A stretch of DNA of 64,000 nt from an uncultured Methanoregulaceae archaeon (GCA_963841015.1 CAWJAX010000003.1:416001-480000); one strand, 5' to 3'. Numbered from the stretch's first letter, positions 18,581-30,282 are shown. Made by a program: numbers and translations. Notes: generated by a model not told the origin, from the sequence alone.

Positions 18581-20827
18581 TCATTTTTGTCCCGGGACAG
18601 GCTCTTTTTCAAATCGTGATGCAATCACAAGAATCGCCGGCATCACGATGATTGCACCAATAAGGGCAAAAAATACCGAGATTACCGTCACCAGCCCGAA
18701 GTTGCTGATGATTCCAAAGGAGGAAAGCATCAGAGCCGCAAATCCAAATACTGTTGTCATTCCTGAGACCGTAATTGCAGTACCAATCTGACCGACACTG
18801 TGCTGGATTGCGGGGATAATGGCAAGACCATTTGCACGTTCTTCGTAACAGCGTTCCATAATCAGGATGGTGTATTCTGAAGCGACGCCGACTGACATCG
18901 AGCCCAGCGTAGCAGTGAGCGGGGTATAGTCGATTCCCAGCACGAACATGATCAGGCCGTTCCATCCGACAATGAGAATGATAGGAATGAGGGGAGTTGC
19001 AGCTTTGGCCACCTTCCGATAGAGTACAAGGAGGAAGCCGAAGATCAGGCCAAAACCAAGTATGGTCATCAGCATCTTGCCCTCACGTATCTCACGGATC
19101 AGGTTAGAGAACATCTCTCCCATGCCCGTTACTGATGCTGACGTGCCAACAGGAGGCTTAAACCACTCCAGATCCTTTCTCATCTGGTCCACCATGGACA
19201 TGCCCGCCTCGTTCTCCATTTCAATCGTTGAAAACTCAATCACCGCTTGTGACCTGCCATCAATATACCGTTTCTTTATATCGGGGGGGATTCGGGTCAC
19301 GATACGGTCAACCTCGCTCTGAGTCTCAGGCATTTTCCCATCATTATACTGGAGAATAAGGCTCGCAATGCTGTGAGATCCGGTGATCTTGGCATTGTGC
19401 ACCTGCTCATACTGCTGAAAGTCAATCATCCACTGGATCGTATCGATGGACAGGACATTTTCACTCCTTATCAGGACAGGTGTGGAAGCTGCTGATCCCA
19501 TTACCCGGCTTACCTTGTCCAGATAGATTTTTGCCGGCATGTCTTTGGGAACAAAAGTATCCTCATCCGTATTGACAATTATCTGGTCATCCAGCATGAA
19601 CCCGGCAAGAGCAATACATCCAATGACCAGAAGAACCGGGACAGGATTTTTTGCGACCTTTGCTGCTGCTGACCCGAGAAAATTGTTATATTGATCAACC
19701 AGCTGAACAGGTTTTTTACCGGACACGGATTTTGGCCCGGGTACTTCCTTTGCCCGGTAACTTACCAGTATTCCAATGCAGGGTATAAGAACAATTGCGG
19801 CAAGATAACAGGATATAACCCCGATCACACAAACTATACCGAAGCTCCGGATCATCGGCAGCGGTGAGATATACATTGCAAGAAAACCCAGTGACGTTGC
19901 AAGCATTGCGTAGAGAACTGAAGGGCCGGCAAGAGTAATCGTATTTTTGACTGCACCAGCCACGGTTCCCTTTCTGATTTCTTCATCAAACCGGGAATGA
20001 AACTGGATGGCGTAATCTATACCAATCCCGATGAGCACGGGAAAGGCACCGATCGTTGCCATATTGATCTGCATACCGGAATAGCCAATGATACCAAAGG
20101 TAAGGATCAGACCCGTTGCGACAATACCAACAGAAAGGAGGCGGTATCGAACATGCCCGAACAACAGCCCGACAGCGATTACCATGAGAATCATAGCTGC
20201 AAGAATGAGAACGCTCATTGAGGTGGACATCTCGGTCTGCATCTGCTGCTGGAAAGCGGAGTTGCCGGTAAAGACAACAGATACACCGGGAGGTTTGTCT
20301 GAAACACGGAGAAGGGTATTCAGATTGTTCACCACTTCACCCTGCTGTTCCTGACTGAGACCGGGTTTGAGTGTGGCAACAGCAATTGTCATTGTCCTTG
20401 AGGGCACAAAACGCGAAAGAACCTCAGAAGGAAGACGTTGTTCTGTCCGGGTGATCTCTGCTGTTGATACCGGGAGGATACCTCCATTTGCAGATTTCAG
20501 CAGATTCGTAATACTGGTAACACCATCAACGTTCTGTTCTTTTGCGATGCCTGTCTCTATTCTGTCAATGTAAGCAAGTACCGGGGGAGTCAGGACATCA
20601 TCAGCCTCAATGAGCACCAGAATGCTGTCGGACTGAAACGTCTCAGTATAATCATCAAGAAGCATACCCCGCTTTGTATCCTTATCGACGTATGTATCAC
20701 TACCCGTGGCCATGGTCACAAAACCCATCCCGAATAACGCGACGATAACTATAGCCACGGAGGCTATTGCTACATATCGCGGGTGATCGATGATAAGTTC
20801 AGCCAGACAAAGGAAAGGAGATTTCAA
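18581..20827 (-). CDS. RND-superfamily transporter (HAE3/MMPL type)
   Basis: Two repeats of TM + large loop + 5 TM; GIGIDYAIQ motif. Confidence 0.92.
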   Translation of the reverse strand: MKSPFLCLAELIIDHPRYVAIASVAIVIVALFGMGFVTMATGSDTYVDKDTKRGMLLDDYTETFQSDSILVLIEADDVLTPPVLAYIDRIETGIAKEQNVDGVTSITNLLKSANGGILPVSTAEITRTEQRLPSEVLSRFVPSRTMTIAVATLKPGLSQEQQGEVVNNLNTLLRVSDKPPGVSVVFTGNSAFQQQMQTEMSTSMSVLILAAMILMVIAVGLLFGHVRYRLLSVGIVATGLILTFGIIGYSGMQINMATIGAFPVLIGIGIDYAIQFHSRFDEEIRKGTVAGAVKNTITLAGPSVLYAMLATSLGFLAMYISPLPMIRSFGIVCVIGVISCYLAAIVLIPCIGILVSYRAKEVPGPKSVSGKKPVQLVDQYNNFLGSAAAKVAKNPVPVLLVIGCIALAGFMLDDQIIVNTDEDTFVPKDMPAKIYLDKVSRVMGSAASTPVLIRSENVLSIDTIQWMIDFQQYEQVHNAKITGSHSIASLILQYNDGKMPETQSEVDRIVTRIPPDIKKRYIDGRSQAVIEFSTIEMENEAGMSMVDQMRKDLEWFKPPVGTSASVTGMGEMFSNLIREIREGKMLMTILGFGLIFGFLLVLYRKVAKAATPLIPIILIVGWNGLIMFVLGIDYTPLTATLGSMSVGVASEYTILIMERCYEERANGLAIIPAIQHSVGQIGTAITVSGMTTVFGFAALMLSSFGIISNFGLVTVISVFFALIGAIIVMPAILVIASRFEKEPVPGQK

Positions 20828-21244
20828 AAAATCAGTTCTCCCGGGGCATGCATTTTACAAATCTGGGATTTTATAGGGGATAAAAGATATGTTCTGGATT
20901 GCAGGACCCTGGAGCAGGTACCTGTTCTCAGTATCCAGTCCCGAACCCTCACTCACGGGTGAGGACTCCGGGCAATTACTACCGGAGTAAGATTTTTTTA
21001 TCAACATTATGACCACGGTCTGAAGTCTGCTACCCACAAGGATGAGAGATGAAGCCTTGGAGAAATGGAACCGGGCACTTCATCTTCAGCTGTTCCTGCC
21101 CGTGATTGCGTTCCTTTTTCATGTACATGATACGGTAAGAGCAAAAGATGCCTGATCATACCTGGTAATCCACCCTGTTCGATAAAAAAATACCCACGAA
21201 TCAAGGGAATTCTTTATCGCTTCCCGCATCCAAAATATCAGGAA

Positions 21245-21919
21245 ATGGATCCGTCCTCTCTTATCGATCTTGTTCTCCACTTTGATGCATATCTCCCGGG
21301 AATTATTGAGGTATACGGATTCTGGACATATCTCATCCTGTTTATCATCATTTTCTGTGAAACAGGTTTTGTAGTGTTTCCCTATCTTCCGGGAGACTCA
21401 CTTCTCTTCGTTGCCGGGACAATGGCAGGGGCTGGCTTTCTCAATGTAGAAATCCTGATATTGACCCTGGTTGTTGCAGCAGTAATCGGTGATTCGGCCA
21501 ATTACTGGATCGGGAAAAACGTGGGAATGAAGGCACTTGAAAAGAACACGTTTGTGAAAAAGGGCCAGATGGAGAAAACCGAGGAATATTTTGCCCGCTA
21601 TGGCGGTCTGACCATCGTGATCGCCCGTTTTGTCCCCTTTATCCGCACATTTGCCCCGTTCCTTGCCGGCGTTGGAAAGATGAACTACCGGTGGTTTTTA
21701 GGTTATAACATTGTCGGTGCACTTTTGTGGGTTCTCGGGTTTGTGCTGGCGGGATATTTCCTGGGAAGCTTACCCGTAGTGCAGGATAACTTCAGTCTTA
21801 TCATCTACGCAATCATCGGTGTCTCACTGCTTGCTGTCGGATCCGTTATCCTCGGTATGGTCCGGAAAGCACAGCCGAACCCTGCAGAAGAGCAGACAGT
21901 GGCAGAAAAGAAGGAATGA
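21245..21919 (+). CDS. dedA: DedA/VTT family membrane protein
   Basis: ETG...LPGDSLLF, GD..NY.IG, ARFVPFIRTFAPF. Confidence 0.93.
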   Translation: MDPSSLIDLVLHFDAYLPGIIEVYGFWTYLILFIIIFCETGFVVFPYLPGDSLLFVAGTMAGAGFLNVEILILTLVVAAVIGDSANYWIGKNVGMKALEKNTFVKKGQMEKTEEYFARYGGLTIVIARFVPFIRTFAPFLAGVGKMNYRWFLGYNIVGALLWVLGFVLAGYFLGSLPVVQDNFSLIIYAIIGVSLLAVGSVILGMVRKAQPNPAEEQTVAEKKE

Positions 21920-21965
21920 TTATTTAGGGTAAAGTGCTATTTTAACCCCTAAATTTTTCATAAAA

Positions 21966-22080
21966 TCCTCTGAAAATAATACTCCAATCAATAGTTATCA
22001 AGCTCCTGGGGGCTTTTTTTAAAGCCTCCACCCCCGCAGCTGTGGCGACCCCCATATCGCCATAGACCCGAATACAGGAG
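21966..22080 (+). repeat. Degenerate MITE-like copy 6 (5' half of module A)
   Basis: ctctgaaaa at 21968; cacccccgcagctgtggc (22029-22046) matches the module A core cacccccgccgctgtggc. Confidence 0.6.
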
Positions 22081-22358
22081 CCATCAACACGAAAAAGAAT
22101 CCTTGAAAATCATTGTCACTTTTTTCATTCCAGTTTTAGTCACATAATTTTTTTTTAAAATGTCGTCGTAAGAAACAAAATTGAGGCCAGACGGGTTCAT
22201 TACCCTAATTTAATTTGCGATTAATAAAAAAAATCCACTGCCCGATTTTGTTCATTGAATGAAATATAGTTCTGATGAAAGATGATGAAGAAGATCACTG
22301 ATGTAACAACTAACGCCCTCGTGCTTTAGAGTAGTGCAGCTGTATCTTCGAGGAGGTA

Positions 22359-23462
22359 TCAGCCCTTGGGGGTTATATCCCCGATATACCCCCTTATTGC
22401 AGTCCGGGTCGTGCTGTCAAGGATGACCGAGAAGTCAAGGTCCACAACAAAGACCGGAAAAAAACCATTCAGGGTATTTCGCTTTATTGTGTAGATCTTG
22501 GTTTCAAGCAGCCGGGTTGTCGTTTCAGCGCGATTTTCAGGATTCGTGTTCCCGGATACGACTGTGTTCTGGAGGTCCAGAAGAACATTTTCTTTGTAAT
22601 CGAAGAGCCTGTCGGCCATTGTCCGGCTCGTGTTGCCGTGGATGTAACGGATAATGAAATACTGGCTGATGGCAAGGATAGCGAGGAGGGCTACGAGATT
22701 TCCCAGTTTTGTGAGTTGTGACTCGTCAAGAAACGCCTGGAGAGTAATTCCGGGCAGAAGAATAATCGTGGTCAAAAACAACACCAGAGCGACCAGAAAA
22801 CCGATGAGGAACATAATGGTTATAATACGGGAGGGAAGTTTTTCATGGATGAGCCTGCGTTTGACCTTCTCCACACTCTTCACATACTTCATGGAAAATG
22901 GCTCTAATTTCCATACCAGAAGATAAAACACAATAATTATCACACACTGGGAAATGACAATGATAGTGGTCCTTACCGGGAGTTCCATGGTGGTGTAAGC
23001 CCGGATCACATAGAGAATATCTATGGTGAATATCAGACTGATCCCAAGAGATAATGTCGAACTGTTGATGAAAAGGGAATTCATAAACAACTTCGTAAAC
23101 CGGGCTGTTCCCGATGTCAGCCCTATCTCTTTAAGCCAGCTCCGGAACCGGGAGATATCGGCTTTCGGGAGACCCGCATTTTTATTAAAATTTTGGGGTA
23201 TCAGAAGGGTGATGAAATAATACATGTTGAGATAGAAACTGGCGGCGATAAAAAGGTACAGATAGTCACGCCGGAGAAGGGAATAGGTTGCGTTAATGCC
23301 TACACACAGGCAAAGAATACCGATATGTATTCGGTAATTACCATGTTCTGCCATCAGCCCAGCACGGTTTTTCCGGACTGCAGACAGTTCGTCACTGATG
23401 ACCTGACTGAGGGGGATTTCTGACGGGGAGCCGGGTACAGCATCCGGAGGCGGAAGTGCCAT
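22359..23462 (-). CDS. Multi-pass membrane protein, unknown function
   Basis: About 6 hydrophobic segments; start uncertain (23462 or 23507). Confidence 0.75.
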   Translation of the reverse strand: MALPPPDAVPGSPSEIPLSQVISDELSAVRKNRAGLMAEHGNYRIHIGILCLCVGINATYSLLRRDYLYLFIAASFYLNMYYFITLLIPQNFNKNAGLPKADISRFRSWLKEIGLTSGTARFTKLFMNSLFINSSTLSLGISLIFTIDILYVIRAYTTMELPVRTTIIVISQCVIIIVFYLLVWKLEPFSMKYVKSVEKVKRRLIHEKLPSRIITIMFLIGFLVALVLFLTTIILLPGITLQAFLDESQLTKLGNLVALLAILAISQYFIIRYIHGNTSRTMADRLFDYKENVLLDLQNTVVSGNTNPENRAETTTRLLETKIYTIKRNTLNGFFPVFVVDLDFSVILDSTTRTAIRGYIGDITPKG

Positions 23463-23525
23463 TTTGTAGTGCGTGGGGTTTACAACTATAAATATCGTAG
23501 TAAACACCTGCTATCGGGAGAATTT

Positions 23526-24479
23526 TTAAAATATTTTTTTCTTCCACATCAGCAGGCCCATCACGACTGAAATGAGGACAGATAAAGCAAAGATCATTTC
23601 AAAAGCAAGCGGTTTGTCGGATAAGGGAAGATTCAGCACATTCATACCGTAAAAACTTGCAATCATGGTCGGCACCGCGATGATGATCGTTACCGACGCT
23701 AAAAATTTCATCACAATGTTGAGGTTATTTGAGATAATGGTGGCAAAAGCCTGGGTCATCCCGTTCAGGATATGCAGGTAGATCTGGGACATCTCCATAG
23801 CCTGTTTGTTCTCGATGATGACGTCTTCTAAAAATTCAGCATCCTCCTCGTACATCTTCAGCGGTTTTGAGCGCAGGATCCGTTCAAGAACGGCCTCGTT
23901 GCTTTTGAGCGATGTTGAGAAATAGATCAGGCTCTTTTCAAGTTCCATCATCTTGAAAAGTTCAACATTCTTCATGGAGCGGTGAAGTTCAACTTCAATC
24001 CGGGAGATCGATCGTTCAATCTGGCGCAGGTGGCTGAGATAGTCCGATGCATTGCGGTAGAAGATCTGAAACATGAACCGGGTTCGTTTTGCAGTCGTAA
24101 AATGCCGCACTTTCCCGGCAACAAAATCATCCAGGACCTGCGACTTGCGGCTGCAGACCGTGACCAGATAATCTTTGGCGATGATGATTCCCAGCGGATG
24201 CGTGGTTAAGGTCTTGATCTCTTCAAATTCGGTCATCACCGGAATATCCATGACAATCAGGACGACATCATCTTCCGCATCAATGCGGGGACGTTCCTCT
24301 TCATCAAGGGCTGCTTTTAAAAATTCATGGGGGATAATGCATTTCTCTGCAACAATCGCAAGTTCGGTTTCTGTCGGTTCGTACAACCGTATCCATGCAT
24401 TCTCGCAGATCTCGTCAATTTTTTCAGTGATGGACGGTTCCTGCTCTTTTTTTGTCTTAAAGATCTGCATCAAGGCCAA
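23526..24479 (-). CDS. corA: CorA family Mg2+/Co2+ transporter
   Basis: LDEEERPR; YGMN signature; two C-terminal TM helices. Confidence 0.95.
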   Translation of the reverse strand: MALMQIFKTKKEQEPSITEKIDEICENAWIRLYEPTETELAIVAEKCIIPHEFLKAALDEEERPRIDAEDDVVLIVMDIPVMTEFEEIKTLTTHPLGIIIAKDYLVTVCSRKSQVLDDFVAGKVRHFTTAKRTRFMFQIFYRNASDYLSHLRQIERSISRIEVELHRSMKNVELFKMMELEKSLIYFSTSLKSNEAVLERILRSKPLKMYEEDAEFLEDVIIENKQAMEMSQIYLHILNGMTQAFATIISNNLNIVMKFLASVTIIIAVPTMIASFYGMNVLNLPLSDKPLAFEMIFALSVLISVVMGLLMWKKKIF

Positions 24480-24724
24480 ATCCCTCCTGCATCAGTTTTT
24501 TTGGGGAAATTTCAAGCGGTACCTGTTGAAAATACCCTTCCTGTTCCAGTACTCATCATCTTTACGCTGGTAAAGATTAATTGTCACCGCCTTTATTTAT
24601 GAAGTACTGTTGACTTTTGTAAAATTGGATGAATCGTTTTTTTACAGGGGAACCTGTTCACAAAAAAACTCCGATCTCAGTCCACCAGGAACACGTGAAT
24701 TACTCCTGTATTTCCCCATCTCTT

Positions 24725-25693
24725 TTATTTTTTGTCATAGAATGTGCAAAACGACCCGCACCGTGTACACCCTTCGTTACATGGCTCAGTATGTATGCTA
24801 ATATTGGCCCGCGGAAACTCAGTTTTCAGGTCGGATTCAAGGTGATCGGAAAGATCATGGGACTGCAGCACAGAGACCGTGCCGGGCATAACAAGATGGA
24901 ACTCAATAAAGATTTCAGGACCGGATCGCCGTGTCTTCAGGTCATGAAATCCGGCATAACTCCCTGCATGATCGCAGATGATCTCCTGTATCCTCCGCTC
25001 ATCTGCCAGGGGGATGCTATGATCGATGAGATCCGAAAAAGAACGCCGGGTCAGATCATACGCGGCCTTCAGGATAACCAGGGCGACACCAATAGCGATA
25101 AGCGGATCCAGAAGAGTGATACCGGTCAAACGGATAAGAATGAGCCCGATGAAAACACCCAGTGAGGTATAGACATCCGTCCGCAGGTGCCATGCATCGC
25201 TTTCAAGTGCAATGGACTCGGACTGGTGAGCGACTTTCATAAGCCGCTCGGAAACAAACCAGTTCACCAGTGCAGAGATACCCATAACCGCGATACCGTA
25301 TATAAGCAGTTCCGGTTGCAGGAGCTCGGATGATTCTCCGAGCAGTTTTTGTGAAGCCTCCCAGATGATCAGGATCGCAGCAACGAAGATCAACAGAGCT
25401 TCTATCAATCCTGAAATATCCTCGAATTTCCCATGACCAAACGCATGATGGGCATCAGGGGGTTCGGCTGATTTCCGGACCGAGAAAAATGCAATAACTG
25501 CTGCGACAAGATCCATCGATGAATGGATTGCTTCTGAAATGATACTGACAGAACCTATCGCAAATCCGACAATAAATTTCATCAGGACAAGCCCGCTGTT
25601 GGAAATAACGGATAAACGTGCAGTTTTTTCCTTCAGCTGATCCAGCACGGCTTTATCCATGGGGGGATTATTCATGAAGTTCTCTGTACACAT
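24725..25693 (-). CDS. Cation diffusion facilitator (CDF) metal transporter
   Basis: HSSMD, FGHGKFE, HLRTD, IHTEP; start may be at a downstream Met. Confidence 0.93.
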   Translation of the reverse strand: MCTENFMNNPPMDKAVLDQLKEKTARLSVISNSGLVLMKFIVGFAIGSVSIISEAIHSSMDLVAAVIAFFSVRKSAEPPDAHHAFGHGKFEDISGLIEALLIFVAAILIIWEASQKLLGESSELLQPELLIYGIAVMGISALVNWFVSERLMKVAHQSESIALESDAWHLRTDVYTSLGVFIGLILIRLTGITLLDPLIAIGVALVILKAAYDLTRRSFSDLIDHSIPLADERRIQEIICDHAGSYAGFHDLKTRRSGPEIFIEFHLVMPGTVSVLQSHDLSDHLESDLKTEFPRANISIHTEPCNEGCTRCGSFCTFYDKK

Positions 25694-25894
25694 CGGTGGT
25701 TTTGTTCACATCAAGGTATTGAGGAATTATCCTCCTGAATATCAACTGACCTTGCTATGCACGGATCCTGAAGGGATTCTCCAAAGAATTTGATAATAAT
25801 CCAAAAAATGGATTCAAAAATCAATATAGTTAAATTAAACTGAATAAATTAAAAAAATAAAATTAATATACATGGAATAACTATTCAAATTGAT

Positions 25895-26140
25895 ATGCCC
25901 GGCACTTCGTCCTTTCGGTCATTTTTTACAAAAACTTCTGGCGGACAGAACGCAGGTGAGGTATCAGAAGATATTCGGGCGTTCAAACGAGCGAAGTTCT
26001 GGTTCTGGCCAATTGTTTTAAGCGTTACTATTTGTTTTGGGTTCTTTGCCGGAATACAGGGAGCATTTATTGGTTTTTTCTACGGACTTGTATGCGGGGG
26101 ATTTCTGCTCCATGAAAGTCTTCGGGTGAAAAAAAAGTGA
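25895..26140 (+). CDS. Small 2-TM membrane protein, paralog of 6277-6486
   Basis: Strong similarity to 6277-6486 over ~50 aa. Confidence 0.75.
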   Translation: MPGTSSFRSFFTKTSGGQNAGEVSEDIRAFKRAKFWFWPIVLSVTICFGFFAGIQGAFIGFFYGLVCGGFLLHESLRVKKK

Positions 26141-26498
26141 CTCTGGAGAAACAGACATGAATCTATGAGGTTCATTCCCGAACCATGTAAATCGTAATAT
26201 ATTCAATGGAACCCCGCCTCAGGGCCTCTTTAGAGGCACAGCGGGCAGGGAATTTTGTCACCAATCCGCCGCGGGGGCGACCATCCGGGGGCGGCGGCGA
26301 TCATCATAAATAGAGACGTGTGAAAAAAATTCGTACCATAACGGAATAGTTCAATTTTCAGGGGAAATGCTCAATCACAAGCTCTATGCTCAAGAGGTTT
26401 CACCCCCCACCCCTGTGGTTCCCCGGTGCGATAAACTCCGAACAGGTTATCCTGGCTGGAGAGATGGGGCAAAGGCGATAAAGATTTATAACAGAATC
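26139..26498 (+). mobile_element. MITE-like repeat copy 7 (module B + 5' half of A; right end unclear)
   Basis: gactctggagaaa overlaps the upstream TGA stop; junction TTTCAGGGGAAA at 26356-26367. Confidence 0.85.
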
Positions 26499-26548
26499 TT
26501 GTACCTGGCTTCATTCAGAAAAGTCTGGATTCAAACTTTGCATCCAGA

Positions 26549-26633
26549 TGCGAGGGATGGGATTCGAACCCAAGAACTCCTACGAGACTAGGCCCTCAAC
26601 CTAGCGCCTTTGACCTGGCTTGGCTACCCTCGC
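26549..26633 (-). tRNA. tRNA-Leu (GAG), no encoded CCA
   Basis: GCGAGGG/CCCTCGC acceptor stem, anticodon arm CTAGG-TTGAGGG-CCTAG, long variable arm, GGTTCGAATCC. Confidence 0.96.
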
Positions 26634-26851
26634 TTTGTGCCATAACAAAGAGGTTGTCTATCTAATAAAATCTTATGCAAGTAAAATTCCCTGTTTTTTT
26701 AAAAAAATACCTTCACATTCTGAAAATATCAAAGTTCTTGTCTCACTTCAGGGTAATTCTGCATCCGGTTTGTTATTGAGTAATAACCCGTCTCTGATGG
26801 CGTCAGATCAGCATCGCTGTATATTTATATACGTCATACCCAGTGGTGAGT

Positions 26852-27352
26852 ATGTGGTCAGACATCATTCATGAGTTTTCTGACTCTCCTTCGCAGAGTC
26901 GTGTTGTACGGTTCTTACTTGAGAATGGTTTTGGTGTGACCGAAGACGGGCGGATCAGTTGTAATGGGATCGAGGTGCCGGCAACGGCGGTAGCAAAAGC
27001 AATCGGATCCGATCGCCGGGTCGTTGATTCTACAGCACATCGTATCCTGGAACGCCCGTTCCTCCGGGATATTTTTCTGAATATGCGGGCAACGCCGGAT
27101 CTTTCCAAAGTTGCAGAATCCCTTGGGTTCGTTGTCATCACCGTTCTGCCAAAAAATGCAAGTGAGCGGGGTATCGTCGGTGCAGTAGTCCATGTCCTTG
27201 CACTGCACGACGTCTCTATCCGGCAAATCTTTGTTACTGACCCGGAGTTTTCCGAGGAGCCCCGGCTCGTTATCATTGTCGAAGAGTCCCTGCCGGTAGG
27301 GGTCGTCGAACAGATCCGTGCGTTGCCACAAGTGAAACATGTCACTATCTAG
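26852..27352 (+). CDS. ACT-domain regulator of amino acid metabolism (COG2150-like)
   Basis: RFLLENGF, GSDRRVVD, C-terminal ACT-like GIV...SIRQIFVTDP. Confidence 0.85.
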   Translation: MWSDIIHEFSDSPSQSRVVRFLLENGFGVTEDGRISCNGIEVPATAVAKAIGSDRRVVDSTAHRILERPFLRDIFLNMRATPDLSKVAESLGFVVITVLPKNASERGIVGAVVHVLALHDVSIRQIFVTDPEFSEEPRLVIIVEESLPVGVVEQIRALPQVKHVTI

Positions 27353-27639
27353 GCAAGACCATCCTTAGAACAACAGATTTACCCCTCTCAAATACTATCA
27401 GCAAAAGTATTATCAGATCTGAACAGGATTATCCTGTATGCCTCAGAGAACCCTCACTGCATGGCTTTGCCTACCTGCCGTGAGGTCACCTCCGAAAAAG
27501 AACCGGATGAAAATTTTTCGGGAAATTCCTGAACATGACGACAGATCCGGTAAAAAATATTCCCGGTCCAAATAGAATGAGAGAGAAAAATTAGGACAAT
27601 CCGATATGATACTGTTTTTTAAGGTTTTTTATTGTACTT

Positions 27640-28164
27640 TCAGATGATTTTTCCGGCGGTTTTTTCGCTGCACAGCAACTCAACTTCCTGCGAAAGGAGA
27701 TATATCCGATGTCGTACCTTTCTTGGAAGGTGAATGGCAGACGCAATACTTTCATCAGCAGTCACTCGTTTTCTCCCTTCAATCAGGTTGTCAGCGTGGG
27801 TGACGATCTTCTCTTCTGTCGTCCGTGGCATACAATCGCGGGGAGATAACCTGAGTATTGTACATTCGTCAGCAGTAAGTCCTGCGCCTGTATGGCATTC
27901 CACAATACGTGCGACCTCCTCGCTGATGCCCTCTGCACGCAACAGGTCTGCTCCCAGCTGTGCATGCAGGATTGTGTGATTCGCCCCTCTCCCGATATCA
28001 TGGAGCATCGCACCTTCCCTTACCAGATCCACAGCAACAAGGGGATTGCGCTGCGCGTATTCCAGGGCAACATCACATACCGCCCGGCAGTGGGCCAGAA
28101 CCTTTTCGCTGCATCCTGCTTCACGCAGCAGCTGCTCAACGGTGTTTTCTGAACGGTCAGGCAT
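27640..28164 (-). CDS. HD-domain protein (TIGR00295-like)
   Basis: LHDIGR, HTGAG, EEKIVTHADN. Confidence 0.88.
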   Translation of the reverse strand: MPDRSENTVEQLLREAGCSEKVLAHCRAVCDVALEYAQRNPLVAVDLVREGAMLHDIGRGANHTILHAQLGADLLRAEGISEEVARIVECHTGAGLTADECTILRLSPRDCMPRTTEEKIVTHADNLIEGRKRVTADESIASAIHLPRKVRHRIYLLSQEVELLCSEKTAGKII

Positions 28165-28681
28165 GACCGAGTGATTTTTTAATATCGTCGATCCGGTGTT
28201 TGAGGGAGCGCAGGAGCATATCGTTGTCAAAATGGGTCACGGCTTTCTCGCAGCCCGGACAGTTGAAATCGCAGTTCATTGCCTGCGGGAAGGTAAAAAG
28301 CACCTGGCAGTCCTTGCAGATAAAGAAGTCATTTTCTTCTTCATACTTTTCACGCCGTTCGAGTTTTTCCAGGACGAGCTCCATGTCTTCCCGTATCGCA
28401 CTATAAATATGATCGGTACGCAGTTGCCAGAGATACGTGAGCCAGCCGGTCTCGTTGTTTTTAATGCGGTGATACTCGGCAAGCCGTTTTTCATACAGGG
28501 TATAGAGGGTATGCCTCACAGTATTCAGGTTGATACCAGTGCGGGCAGCAAGATCTTCATCGCTGTACTCACCTTCACGCGGGAACCTTTCGATAAGGTT
28601 GAGCCCTTCATCTTTTACCAACCGGTGGAGGTATGCACGTATAGCCGGATCATTCAGCAGGTCATCTATGGGATCCATCAC
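28157..28681 (-). CDS. tfe: Transcription factor E (TFE/TFIIE alpha)
   Basis: wHTH with DEDLA...LNTVRHTLY, GWLTYLW; Zn ribbon CKDC...CPGC. Confidence 0.95.
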   Translation of the reverse strand: MMDPIDDLLNDPAIRAYLHRLVKDEGLNLIERFPREGEYSDEDLAARTGINLNTVRHTLYTLYEKRLAEYHRIKNNETGWLTYLWQLRTDHIYSAIREDMELVLEKLERREKYEEENDFFICKDCQVLFTFPQAMNCDFNCPGCEKAVTHFDNDMLLRSLKHRIDDIKKSLGHA

Positions 28682-29754
28682 CGTATGTATTGTCGGACGG
28701 TGCTAATATGCTTATCCAGCATACAAAATGCAGCCTCACGGGTCGGTCCCCAGCCATACACACTGACTAATGCCTGACCCGCTTCAAATGAGGATCCCGG
28801 CCACGGGATGTCAGCTACATACGATGCCAGATCTTTCAGATCTGAGGTAATAGTCAAATCCCTGTCGGCAAAGAGGATGCTGCGTACTGCAACCTGCCGC
28901 GGGGAGAGCATACCTGAAGGGAGTTTCCCGTCACAGGCATCGACATGATACTGGAAAAGATTACAGCCGTATGCCATTTCAACGGTATCGATCGTTCCCT
29001 GAAACCGGGGATTTACTTCTATTGCATACGCAGTGGTGCTGCCAAGAACAAAGTCAATCCCGATGGTGCCGAAGCACCCGCTTGCTGAAGCGATCTGTTC
29101 TGCCCGGGTAATCATTTCCTGGCAGAGCGGATGATCAAACGGAGTGACCGAACCACAGAACCCAAACTGGGATTCTCCTTGCTCCCGTAAAATCTGCTCG
29201 TTTGCAGTAATCGCCCGCGCCCTTGTACCATCGGCAACACAACAGACGCTTGCGGGAATACCCTCAACGATTTCCTGGCGGATAAAGGGTATGCCGGGAT
29301 TCAGGTTTTCCCATGCAGAAAGCCCGGCACTATCCCGCACGATCGCGTTCCGCCATCCTCCGGCTCCCCTCCGGGGTTTGATCATGGCAGGATAGTCCCC
29401 ATCATCCATGAGCCGGGGTACAGGAACGCCAAGGGATTCAAAAAAATGCTGGATATCCAGTTTATCTAAAAAACGGGCGACGTTGCCATGAGGAGTCCCG
29501 CAGAGCGGAAGGGGGATATAAAGATCTTCTGCACCTGAGGTGACAATTACGAAGTCAAAGGTATGACGCCGGCATATCTGGTGTACCGCATCAGGAAGAT
29601 CTGCAAGTTCTGAAAATTTTTCCCTGTCTGTTGTATACCAGGAAAGGTCCTGATCGCAGAAATGGTCAACGGCACAGACTTCATAGCCGGCACACGCTGC
29701 TGACTGTGCCACATGCCGGGTTGAAAATCCGGCGACCAGCACCCGGCCCTTCAC
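28678..29754 (-). CDS. ATP-grasp domain protein
   Basis: [28 protein letters not shown]. Confidence 0.9.
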   Translation of the reverse strand: MKGRVLVAGFSTRHVAQSAACAGYEVCAVDHFCDQDLSWYTTDREKFSELADLPDAVHQICRRHTFDFVIVTSGAEDLYIPLPLCGTPHGNVARFLDKLDIQHFFESLGVPVPRLMDDGDYPAMIKPRRGAGGWRNAIVRDSAGLSAWENLNPGIPFIRQEIVEGIPASVCCVADGTRARAITANEQILREQGESQFGFCGSVTPFDHPLCQEMITRAEQIASASGCFGTIGIDFVLGSTTAYAIEVNPRFQGTIDTVEMAYGCNLFQYHVDACDGKLPSGMLSPRQVAVRSILFADRDLTITSDLKDLASYVADIPWPGSSFEAGQALVSVYGWGPTREAAFCMLDKHISTVRQYIR

Positions 29755-30281
29755 ATTTCCTCCGTCTGTTTTCCTGCTATTGACGGGATAATACGAATCC
29801 GGGCACCGGGAAATTCATTCCTGAGTTCCTGCCCGGAAAAAAAATGATCGAGAAAAAGGGCAAGACTCGATATCTCGGAATGGGGTTGACCGGTAACAGC
29901 CACATTATAATCTGAAAGTCCATAGATCTCGCCAGGTACTTTCTCGGCACCAACAATAACGAGAATTTTTTCATGTTTCTGAATATCCCCTATCACATCG
30001 GGAAGGTTCAGGCCGTACATGGTAAGGTGAACGACCGTCCCCCCCTGTGCCTGCCACTCCCGTATGCAGGAGCGCCATTTCACCGTATCCTTACAGAAAA
30101 AGTCACCACCCCACCGGCTGACCACATCCTCAATACTCTGGACAACACCCTTATCAGCGGCAGCCAGGTACATCCCCTTTGCACCAAGAGCCCGGGCCGT
30201 TAAACCGACATGGGTTGTTACCCGCTGATCGCGTTCAGGGCGGTGGCCAACCCGGAGAATAATAACTTCGTTTCCCGGCAT
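29751..30281 (-). CDS. trm56: tRNA (cytidine(56)-2'-O)-methyltransferase
   Basis: [37 protein letters not shown]. Confidence 0.96.
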   Translation of the reverse strand: MPGNEVIILRVGHRPERDQRVTTHVGLTARALGAKGMYLAAADKGVVQSIEDVVSRWGGDFFCKDTVKWRSCIREWQAQGGTVVHLTMYGLNLPDVIGDIQKHEKILVIVGAEKVPGEIYGLSDYNVAVTGQPHSEISSLALFLDHFFSGQELRNEFPGARIRIIPSIAGKQTEEM

Positions 30282-30282
30282 G

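Noticed and set aside
20855-21204. Two short ORFs upstream of the RND transporter
   Set aside because: No motif, RBS or compositional support.
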